NCBI GenBank assembly: GCA_965368975.1
Contig: CBDUPA010000004.1
Location: 1-64,000 of the forward strand
DNA: 64,000 bases
DNA from: an uncultured bacterium
GTDB lineage: Bacteria; Acidobacteriota; Thermoanaerobaculia; Multivoradales; JAHZIX01
Reading direction: 5' to 3'
Below, in pieces: positions 31,028-38,778 of the stretch (position 1 is the first letter of the stretch; every line of letters starts with the position of its first letter). The translations under genes were made by a program, and so were the position numbers. The notes below the pieces were generated by a model. The model did not search any database, was not told the origin of the DNA, and saw nothing but the letters and a program-made list of their open reading frames with translations.

Positions 31028-32293
31028 ATGGCAGACATCACCCGTACCATCGGCCTGTCCCTGGGCGCCGACCTCTGTTGGCCCATCTGCTACGAGGAGA
31101 TCGTGCGCCGCCTGCAGGTGTCGGTGCCGCAGGGTGGGGACCGCGTCTCTCTCGACGTCGAACGAGTGACCATCGAGCCCTTTGATCTGCGCCAGGGCAA
31201 TAAATACTCCCTGGTCATCGACCGCCTCACGCACTGGTACCACACCAGCCGCGAGTGGATCAAAAAGTCGGTGATCATGGACGATCTCTACGTGCTGAAC
31301 AACCCGTGGACGCTGCAGTCGATGGAGAAGTGCACGACGTACGCTGCCATGATGCGGCTTGGCATGCCGGTGCCCGACACCTGGCTGCTGCCGCCCAAGT
31401 CCTACGAGCCGTCGCCCGACCTCAAGTCGACCCTGGAGCGCTATGCCAAGCTCTTCGACCTTGGCCAGCTGGGTCAGGAGCTGGGCTACCCGCTGTTCAT
31501 GAAACCGTACGACGGGGGCGCCTGGGTGGCGGTCGACCGTATCGAGGACGAGGCCAAGCTGCGCGAAACCTACGAGGCCAGCGGCAAGCGCGTCATGCAT
31601 CTGCAGGCCGCGGTACTGCCGTTCGACCTCTTCGTGCGCTGCGTCGGCGTCGGCCCGCAGGTGCGCATCGTCAAGTACGATCCGTCGGCGCCGCTGCACG
31701 ACCGCTACCAGATGGACCGCGATGTGGTCAACGCCGAGGACGCGCGCCTGCTCGAAGATATGACGTTGACCATCAACAGCTTCTTCGGCTGGGATTTCAA
31801 CTCCTGCGAGGCGCTGCGCAAGGATGGCGTCTACCACCCGATCGACTTCGCCAACGCCTGCCCCGACTCGCAGGTGACATCGCTTCACTACCACTTCCCC
31901 TGGCTGCTCGAGTCGATGGTGCGCTGGACGGTCTTCTGCACGGTCACCGGCAGGCCGATGCATCGCAACGTTGACTGGCAAGCCTTCTACGACGCGCACG
32001 ATCCGGAGCTGCCGCTGCGCGAGCAAGTCGCCGCCTACGGCAAGATCGCGCGGGCACGCTTCGACGTCGAGCGTTTCGAGGAGTTCAGCGCCGAACACCT
32101 GGGACACCTGGGCGAGGTGGTCGACGACTTCTTCAGCTCCGACGTGGCGCGGCAAGCCGTGCAGGCCAAGGTGGCAGCGCTCTATCCGGAGCACGAGGTC
32201 GAGCCGTTCACCGACCTCTTCTGGCAGCGCATCCAGGACTGGCGGTGCGAGGAAGGGCATTCCGCGGCAATCTCGAGCTCAGGAGACGAGTGA
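31028..32293 (+). CDS. ATP-grasp ligase (RimK/glutathione synthase-like)
   Basis: LNNPW...EK, MPVPDTWLLP, GYPLFMKPYDGGAW, FNSCE, IDFANACPD. Confidence 0.8.
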   Translation: MADITRTIGLSLGADLCWPICYEEIVRRLQVSVPQGGDRVSLDVERVTIEPFDLRQGNKYSLVIDRLTHWYHTSREWIKKSVIMDDLYVLNNPWTLQSMEKCTTYAAMMRLGMPVPDTWLLPPKSYEPSPDLKSTLERYAKLFDLGQLGQELGYPLFMKPYDGGAWVAVDRIEDEAKLRETYEASGKRVMHLQAAVLPFDLFVRCVGVGPQVRIVKYDPSAPLHDRYQMDRDVVNAEDARLLEDMTLTINSFFGWDFNSCEALRKDGVYHPIDFANACPDSQVTSLHYHFPWLLESMVRWTVFCTVTGRPMHRNVDWQAFYDAHDPELPLREQVAAYGKIARARFDVERFEEFSAEHLGHLGEVVDDFFSSDVARQAVQAKVAALYPEHEVEPFTDLFWQRIQDWRCEEGHSAAISSSGDE

Positions 32294-33432
32294 ACGGCGA
32301 CGTCTACCTGTGTCTCCACTGCTGGCGGTCGATGGCGGTACGCGACGCCGGCTATCGGTGTCCGCGCTGCGCCAGCGAACCGGATCCCTGGTCGCTGGAA
32401 GACGAAGCACGGCCGGTGCGCCACCTGCTCGACGACGGTCCTTGGGCACGTGTGCGTCGGGTCTTCGGGCGGCGAGTCTTCGGGAAGGCGGAGCAGGAGC
32501 CCCACTGCCCGCGTCACCCGGACGCGGCGCTGCACTTCTACTGCGCTTGCGGCGAGCGCCTGCTGCCCAGTCTGCGCGTCGATGCCGGACAGCTGAAGGC
32601 GGTCGGCCTCGCCGGGCCGCGGGCGAGCGGCAAGTCACACTTGCTGGTAGCGATGATCCACGCGCTGCAGCTGCGAGCCCGGGCGCGCGTCGCTCTCAAC
32701 GGATTGGGCACCACCGAGCCGCGCTTCCGTGAGCTGTCGCGCCGTATCCTGGAAGCGGGTGAGCGTCTGCCGGCGACCTCCGAGGCTGCCGACCCGCACC
32801 GGCACTTCGCCTGGGAAGTGCTCACCGAGCCAGGCGTGGACGTCAAGCGTCGCCGTGTGCTGGCGGTCTACGACCTGGCCGGCGAGTTCTGGGCGCGCCT
32901 GCACGAGGAGCCACCGGAGACCCTACGCCGCTACCTGGCGTCGCTCGGCTCGGTGGCGCTGCTGGTCGATGGTGCCGTGGCCGCCAGCGATCTGCGCATC
33001 CCCGCCCACGACGCTTGGAATCAGCGCCCCGAGCCGGGCGACCACGGTGCCAACGATCGCTTCCTGCTGCGCCAGCTGATCGACGGTTTCGGCCGCGGCC
33101 AGGCGCGTCGCTCGCGTCTTGCCATTGTGCTCACCAAGTCGGATCTGTTCTGGGATCACGCCGACTTCCGCGCTCTGTCGCCCGCCGCTTCCGAACTCGA
33201 ACCCGCTGCTTACCAGAGCTTGATCCGTGGCTTGCTCGAACGCTCCGGCCGTCGGCCGCTGCTGATGAGCGCCGAGCGACACTTCGGGGAGGTGCGCCTG
33301 TTCGCCACCTCCAGCCTCGGCTTCCGCCCCAGCGGTGAGCACGTGGAGGGGGACCAGCTGCGCTACCACATCGAGCCCCACGGCGTCGTCGAGCTACTGC
33401 TGTGGTTGCTGGAGCTGGAGCACCTGGCCTGA
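32290..33432 (+). CDS. Zn-ribbon plus TRAFAC-clade GTPase (double-GTPase-system type), GTPase 1
   Basis: CLHC...CPRC...CPRH...CAC, G1 GPRASGKS, G3 YDLAGE, G4 LTKSD, G5 TSSLG. GTG overlaps the upstream stop, with RBS AGGAG. Confidence 0.8.
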   Translation: MNGDVYLCLHCWRSMAVRDAGYRCPRCASEPDPWSLEDEARPVRHLLDDGPWARVRRVFGRRVFGKAEQEPHCPRHPDAALHFYCACGERLLPSLRVDAGQLKAVGLAGPRASGKSHLLVAMIHALQLRARARVALNGLGTTEPRFRELSRRILEAGERLPATSEAADPHRHFAWEVLTEPGVDVKRRRVLAVYDLAGEFWARLHEEPPETLRRYLASLGSVALLVDGAVAASDLRIPAHDAWNQRPEPGDHGANDRFLLRQLIDGFGRGQARRSRLAIVLTKSDLFWDHADFRALSPAASELEPAAYQSLIRGLLERSGRRPLLMSAERHFGEVRLFATSSLGFRPSGEHVEGDQLRYHIEPHGVVELLLWLLELEHLA

Positions 33433-33471
33433 CGGGTCTGTCATCGAGGTGGCCAGGAAAGAGGCATCGAG

Positions 33472-34374
33472 ATGAGCGTCAAGCACTTGCTGTATGGCAA
33501 CCTACCGAGCGAGGATCTGCCGGGTGACGGTCCAGACGATGCGCGTGGTTTCCGCGTGCTGCTGCGCAAGGGGTGGGGTGATGACGGTGCCCCGCTGGAA
33601 GCTACCCGGCTCGAAGCTGCCGAGACGTGGCTACGCGAGCTGCAGCCCGCCACAACCACTGAAGCCAGCAACGCAGAAGCCAGTCCCCCCAAGATCGGCT
33701 ACGCGGCCGCCGGTCTGCGGCTGGATGGTCGGTTGCACAGCTGCCTGGTGCGCGTCGATGGCCGCTTCGGTCGCGATGCCTTCGGGCGTCCCGAGGGTCG
33801 TTTGGCGCACCTGTTGGCCTGTGAGGTCGACGAAGAGCGCGATGCCTGGCTGCACATCGCCTCGCTGGTCGCCTTGATGCAGGCCAGTGAGCAGCTCACT
33901 GGCGGCGAGGAGGCACTTTCCATCGCACAGGTCCGGGCCCAACTCGACCGCCTGCCGCGTGTCGAGTGGGCGTCGCCCAACCTGCAGGCCCTGCGCGTCC
34001 TGGGGCCGCGCCTGCTCGAGCCCTTCCTGACGGCCGCAGCTCGGGTTCTGGACGGTGCGCTCTCCGGTCCGGTCGAGCTGTGCCTGCCGGCCCCGCTGCC
34101 GCGGAGCGTTCCCGAGGTGCTGGCCGCGCTGACGGGAGCCCTGCCTCCACGCCTGCGACTGGCCTTGCGCTGGGGCTGGAACCTGCAGCCCTGCAAGAGC
34201 GTAAACTTGAGGGTGACGACTCATCCTCTCGGGAGCCCAACCGAAGTTCCCCCGGCCTACGCACGGGCCTTGCTGCACCGCTTGCAAGCCGGCGACGATG
34301 GTGCGGTGCGAGCGGTGGTCGAGAACTGGCAGGTCCGATCCTGGAATCAACTCTCAGCGCTGGCGGAGACCTAG
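33472..34374 (+). CDS. Hypothetical protein, GAP1-N (GTPase-associated protein 1)-like
   Basis: HLLYG...GFRVL N-terminus, GRDAFGRPEG..AH, ALPPRLRLALRWGWN. Context between two GTPases. Family call is from recall. Confidence 0.5.
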   Translation: MSVKHLLYGNLPSEDLPGDGPDDARGFRVLLRKGWGDDGAPLEATRLEAAETWLRELQPATTTEASNAEASPPKIGYAAAGLRLDGRLHSCLVRVDGRFGRDAFGRPEGRLAHLLACEVDEERDAWLHIASLVALMQASEQLTGGEEALSIAQVRAQLDRLPRVEWASPNLQALRVLGPRLLEPFLTAAARVLDGALSGPVELCLPAPLPRSVPEVLAALTGALPPRLRLALRWGWNLQPCKSVNLRVTTHPLGSPTEVPPAYARALLHRLQAGDDGAVRAVVENWQVRSWNQLSALAET

Positions 34375-34791
34375 ATGAGCACTACCAAAGCCCCAACTCC
34401 CGGAGAATTGAACCGCCAACAGCAGAGCATGGAGAAGGAGTTGCGCGCCTACGTCGATGCCCAGCTCGATGGCGTCATGGGCAGCGCGCGCGTCGACCAG
34501 CGCAGGTACAGAGCCATCGCCGCCAGGGGGCGAGCCCCCAAGAGCGGGGCCTGGCTGCTGGTGCTGTTGCTCGTCTCGCTGTTTGCCATGGTTGCCTGGC
34601 TGGGTTGGGGAATCAGCGTGCTCAGTGGCCAAGTCGAAGAGTTGGGTGGACGGGTCGAGAGTCTGACGCTCGAAGTCGAACGCCTGCGCGGAGCGGAGCC
34701 GGAAGCGGTCACGCCGCCCGAGGGGGACGAAGAACCGGCCGCGGTGATCGAAGAGCCCGCCGACCCGGCCGTGGAGACGCCCTCGTCGTGA
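34375..34791 (+). CDS. Single-pass membrane protein with coiled coil and acidic Pro-rich tail
   Basis: TM WLLVLLLVSLFAMVAWLGWGI, heptads VEELGGRVESLTLEVERL. Abuts the upstream stop (TAGATG). Confidence 0.65.
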   Translation: MSTTKAPTPGELNRQQQSMEKELRAYVDAQLDGVMGSARVDQRRYRAIAARGRAPKSGAWLLVLLLVSLFAMVAWLGWGISVLSGQVEELGGRVESLTLEVERLRGAEPEAVTPPEGDEEPAAVIEEPADPAVETPSS

Positions 34792-37394
34792 CTCCCCCTG
34801 CCGGTGAGGGCGCGCCGCACGTCGTCGGTCAGGCTGTCGTCACGGATCCGGGCGGCGACTCGGCCGGTGGCTACGTCCTGGTGGCCGCGTCTCCGAGTGT
34901 TCGGGCCGATGAAGGGCACTTTCTCAAGCGCTGCTCGGGTATCAGCGAGCACTTGCACCGCAGCGAGCGTCCCGGACCGTACTTCACCTTCCTGCCGCTC
35001 CCCAAGAGTCCGGAGTCTAGGGCTGGCCGGGGCAACCACGCACTGATCCGCCGTTTCGTCGCCGGCCGGCGGCGCGGCGTGCACCGCGTCGTGGTGCACA
35101 TGCTGGTGGTGCCGGAACCTCTGCTCGACGCGCTGGACTGGGATGCCACCCTGCTCAGCACGCACTGTCGCTACTCGCCCGTCGGTGCCGCGGCCAGTGA
35201 CACGGGCAGTGACACGGGCAGTGACACGACTGGCGAAGCTGCTGGCGAACGGTTGTCCGACCTGGGCAAGGCCGCAGCGGCCGATCGTCTGCAAGAGTTG
35301 CCGGACTTGCGGTGCTCGCTGCCGGAGGCCGCGGCGGGCGCCGTTCCGGCAGCGCGCGTGGAAGCACAGCGTCAGCGAATCAGGTACCTACAGCGTGAGT
35401 GGGGTGAGCCCGCGCTCTTGGCCACCCTGGGCTGGACCTTCCACACGCTGCTCACCGGTCAGGGTGCGCTGTTGCCGCAGGCGCTGCCCTACCAGCAACT
35501 GCTCACCCTCGCCGCCGCCAGCTTGCCGCGCCGCGACCGTCGCCGGCTGGCCTGGAGCACGCACTTTGCCGCCGGTGTCCGTGCGGACTTCCGGCTGCTC
35601 AACGCGCCGCAACCCGAGGAGGCCCGACGCATGCAGGCGGAGCCGTCCAGCTGGCAGTGCCGTCCGCGCGAGCTCCCAGAAGTCGACGCCACGTCGACGA
35701 AGCTGGGACCGGCGCTCGCGTGGGTGGTGCTGCACGAGCCGGACCTGCTGGAGGCCTTCGAAGCGGGCTGGCGGGACTGGTCGCCGAGTCTGCTCTACGA
35801 CGCCGGTCGCGCACAGCGGTTTCTCGCCTGGCTGCGAGGGGATGCCCGCGGGGCGCGCGAGGGCTTCGCGTCGCTCGACGAGTTGGGAGCCTTCCTGCGT
35901 GCCTGCCGCGACGGCTGGGGCGGTACCGAAACGGAGCGCGACCCTTGGTTGAGTGGCACTGTCCTGCTGCGCGCCACCCTTCGCACTGCCTTGGTGCTCG
36001 CGGCCGGCACGGCACCACGCTGGGATGGATTGCTGCGCGGAACTCAGGAGCAAGTTGACGCTGCCGGCTGGGGTGACACGCTGACGCCGGTGTCAATCGC
36101 TGGTGCTTTGCTCGATACCTTCCAGCAAGCCGCGGATTCGGGTCGTTCGGCGGAGTTGATGGAGCAAGCCATCGTTCCGATGCTCGGGGCGGCACCGGAG
36201 AGGGTTCGGGAGCTGGCTAGTGTGCTCGCCTCTCTGCGCGGCGCAGCCATGTCGGCAACAGGTCGTGGGGAACTGTACCTGGTTGAGCTGTACCAGGAGC
36301 TGGCGGATTTGATCGTCTCGGTACTCGAACTGCAGCCGGAACAAGCCACGGCCGCGCTCGCGGCGCTGTTGCAAGCCGACGGTGTTCGTGTCCTGGACTG
36401 GCATAGCGAATTGGACGCATGGCTCCAGGTGCTGGCCCGTCTCGGCCGTCCCGAGCTGGCGTCGCGGTTGGCTGGTTGCGCGTGGCTGCGCTTGCGCGAA
36501 GAGGTGGGCTTGCGAGAAGAGGCGGGTTTGCCAGAGGAAGCTTGGGACTCCTTTCCCAAGGCCGCACTGCGCAGTCTCGACGTGCTGCAGGCGGAGTCCT
36601 TGCGCAGTGTCCTCGACGCCTGGCGTCCGCGCCTGGAACAGCTCGGCGGCAAGCCGGGCGAGGTGGCGCTCGTCAAGGCGTTGCGCGCGGCCGCGGGGCA
36701 GCTCGACCCCCGGATCGACGCCAAGGCGCAGTTCGATTTCGAGCTGGAGATCCAGCGCCTGCGCGTGGTGCGGGGCGAGCGCAGCACCGGCTCGGCGCTA
36801 CGCCGTCTCGACGACTTGGCCGCCGATCTGAGTGCTCGCCGCGGTCATGCCTTTGCCCTGCCGGGCGACGAGCTGCTATGTCTCTTTCCCCGCGCACCGG
36901 TCCCGTGCTGTGAGGCCCTGCTGCAGGCTTTACTCAGCGGCGCCACGCGCCCGTCCGTCAAGTGGAGCCTGCAGGGGCAGTGGCCGAAGGTGCTGGCACG
37001 CCTGGAGCGCGGGGTGCTCGAAGACGGCGCTGCGGCGCCGGACCTGGGCTGGCTGCCGGTGCCCGCCAAGCTGGCTGGGCGAGGTCGTGTCTTCCTGACC
37101 ACCAGCCGCTGGTTGGGGCGCAACTGGGACATCGATCCGGTCAAGGCCGCCGACTATCTTTCTTTCGCCCTCCAGCGTCGAGAGTTCGCCGCCGTCCAGG
37201 CCTTCCTGGACGCCAGTCGGCGTCACCTCCGCGACGGCAGTGTCGACGATGGTTGGCTGCGCCACCTGGTCGAAGTCGAGCCCAACCAGCTGCCGCAGCA
37301 GCTGCAGATCGTGGTCGGCCAGCACGGAGCCGCAGCCCTGCGCTTCGGCCGTCACGTGGACCGCTTGATCGAGCTGGGTAATACTGGCGCCTGA
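34788..37394 (+). CDS. Large GAP1-like protein (GAP1-N2/M-like N-terminus plus long alpha-helical region)
   Basis: GTG 34788 overlaps the upstream stop. GQAVVT...GGYVLVAASPSV, VVHMLVVP, SLPRRDRRRLAWST. The ORF-track extension to 33966 overlaps real genes. Confidence 0.6.
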   Translation: MTPPAGEGAPHVVGQAVVTDPGGDSAGGYVLVAASPSVRADEGHFLKRCSGISEHLHRSERPGPYFTFLPLPKSPESRAGRGNHALIRRFVAGRRRGVHRVVVHMLVVPEPLLDALDWDATLLSTHCRYSPVGAAASDTGSDTGSDTTGEAAGERLSDLGKAAAADRLQELPDLRCSLPEAAAGAVPAARVEAQRQRIRYLQREWGEPALLATLGWTFHTLLTGQGALLPQALPYQQLLTLAAASLPRRDRRRLAWSTHFAAGVRADFRLLNAPQPEEARRMQAEPSSWQCRPRELPEVDATSTKLGPALAWVVLHEPDLLEAFEAGWRDWSPSLLYDAGRAQRFLAWLRGDARGAREGFASLDELGAFLRACRDGWGGTETERDPWLSGTVLLRATLRTALVLAAGTAPRWDGLLRGTQEQVDAAGWGDTLTPVSIAGALLDTFQQAADSGRSAELMEQAIVPMLGAAPERVRELASVLASLRGAAMSATGRGELYLVELYQELADLIVSVLELQPEQATAALAALLQADGVRVLDWHSELDAWLQVLARLGRPELASRLAGCAWLRLREEVGLREEAGLPEEAWDSFPKAALRSLDVLQAESLRSVLDAWRPRLEQLGGKPGEVALVKALRAAAGQLDPRIDAKAQFDFELEIQRLRVVRGERSTGSALRRLDDLAADLSARRGHAFALPGDELLCLFPRAPVPCCEALLQALLSGATRPSVKWSLQGQWPKVLARLERGVLEDGAAAPDLGWLPVPAKLAGRGRVFLTTSRWLGRNWDIDPVKAADYLSFALQRREFAAVQAFLDASRRHLRDGSVDDGWLRHLVEVEPNQLPQQLQIVVGQHGAAALRFGRHVDRLIELGNTGA
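35195..35228. repeat. 12-bp tandem repeat (CAGTGACACGGG x2.8), encoding SDTG
   Basis: Read directly from the sequence. Confidence 0.85.
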
Positions 37395-37425
37395 CGATGA
37401 GCAACCTCGTATTGAGCTACTCCGC

Positions 37426-38748
37426 ATGAGTTACCGCTGCCCCTCCTGCCAGAGCGTGCTCGATGACGCCTTCTGCCCTGACTGCAGTGTGTTGGCGGAC
37501 GAGATTCGCGAAGAGTCTGCCGCGCCGGCATCCGTCGCCCTGCCGCCTTTGCCCGAGCCACCATCGCCCCAATCGCTCCCCGGCTCGCCTTCCGAGCCGC
37601 CCCCCGTCGCCGCCACCAAGTCCGAAGGCACGGTCAGGCTGCCGGATTGGGGCGACGAAGTCGAGTCGCTCGGGCCCCGCCGGCCGTCCACTCGGCACGA
37701 GGCGGAGGTCAGCGTCGACGAGCTGGTGCAGCGTAGCCAGACCCAGGAGACGCCGACCCCGCGCCAGCGCCGCGCCGAACTGGAGCGTCTACAACTCGAC
37801 GGTCGCGACCTGGTCGAGCAAGACCTGGCCGATGGCTTCGAGCTGTTCCTGATCGCCGGCGTCGGCGGCAGCGGCAAGACCGAGTTGCTGGCAGCGCTGA
37901 GCAAGCTCGACGCCGGTTTCCTGCAGGACTTCGACCGCGACGAGCTGGGCCGGGTCACGCGCACCACCGTGCGATCCATCCATAGCCGTCACGTACGCGC
38001 GCCCGGCCGCAAGCTCAGTTTTATTGATGCCCCGGGTGAGCTCTTCGTCGACCTCTATCCCCTGCGCGACGCGGACGGCTATGGCGACAGCTACGGCGGG
38101 GGGCAGATCGAGCTGTGGCCGCAGCTGATCGCGCAGCGCTTCCGCGGCATGATCCTGGTCATCGACCTGGAGAAGCTGTGGTCGCTCGACGGACCGGCCG
38201 AGTGGCGCCAGCAGATCGAGATCGCTGCCTGGGTGCTGGAGGTCATGCGCTGGCTGCAGCACGATGGTCACTATCCGAGCGGCAGCTCGCACCAGCTGCA
38301 CCAGTACATCGATCGCCAGGTGCGCGGCATGAAGAAGAAGCTCAGCGTGCCGGTGCAGGTCGTGTTCACCAAGGCGGATGTGGTCAAGGGCACGCCGATC
38401 CCCAACTACCAGCGGCGGCTGTATCCCGTGGGTGAAGACCCCGTGCTCTTCGCCTTCCACTGCCTGCCCAAGCTGCACGACGCGCTGGTCGAACACGTGG
38501 CGCACTTTCGCTACGACTTCACTCACGCCATCGTCACCGACGGCACTACCGGCGCCGCGACCCAGCGTCCACCCTGCGGCGTGCGCTTGTCCATGGACTG
38601 GTTGCTCGATGCTGCCTGGGCACGCCAGCACTGGTGGCAGGTCACCACGGGTGGCTGGCTGCGCTGGCAGCGGCTTGTCGATCTCCTGACCGGCAAGAGG
38701 GAGCGCTGGAAGCGATTGCCGGACCCGGAACCTTTGGACTCGCCCTGA
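37426..38748 (+). CDS. Zn-ribbon plus TRAFAC-clade GTPase, GTPase 2
   Basis: CPSC...CPDC, Pro-rich linker, G1 GVGGSGKT, G2 RTT, G3 IDAPGE, G4 FTKAD, Trp/Arg-rich amphipathic C-terminus. Confidence 0.8.
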   Translation: MSYRCPSCQSVLDDAFCPDCSVLADEIREESAAPASVALPPLPEPPSPQSLPGSPSEPPPVAATKSEGTVRLPDWGDEVESLGPRRPSTRHEAEVSVDELVQRSQTQETPTPRQRRAELERLQLDGRDLVEQDLADGFELFLIAGVGGSGKTELLAALSKLDAGFLQDFDRDELGRVTRTTVRSIHSRHVRAPGRKLSFIDAPGELFVDLYPLRDADGYGDSYGGGQIELWPQLIAQRFRGMILVIDLEKLWSLDGPAEWRQQIEIAAWVLEVMRWLQHDGHYPSGSSHQLHQYIDRQVRGMKKKLSVPVQVVFTKADVVKGTPIPNYQRRLYPVGEDPVLFAFHCLPKLHDALVEHVAHFRYDFTHAIVTDGTTGAATQRPPCGVRLSMDWLLDAAWARQHWWQVTTGGWLRWQRLVDLLTGKRERWKRLPDPEPLDSP

Positions 38749-38778
38749 GACGACCTTGCTCTGAGAACTGGATCGAGC

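Noticed and set aside
33966-34787. N-terminal extension making a 1142-aa ORF
   Set aside because: Low-complexity Arg/Gly/Ala frame overlapping two better genes; GTG 34788 coupled to the upstream stop is the likely start.
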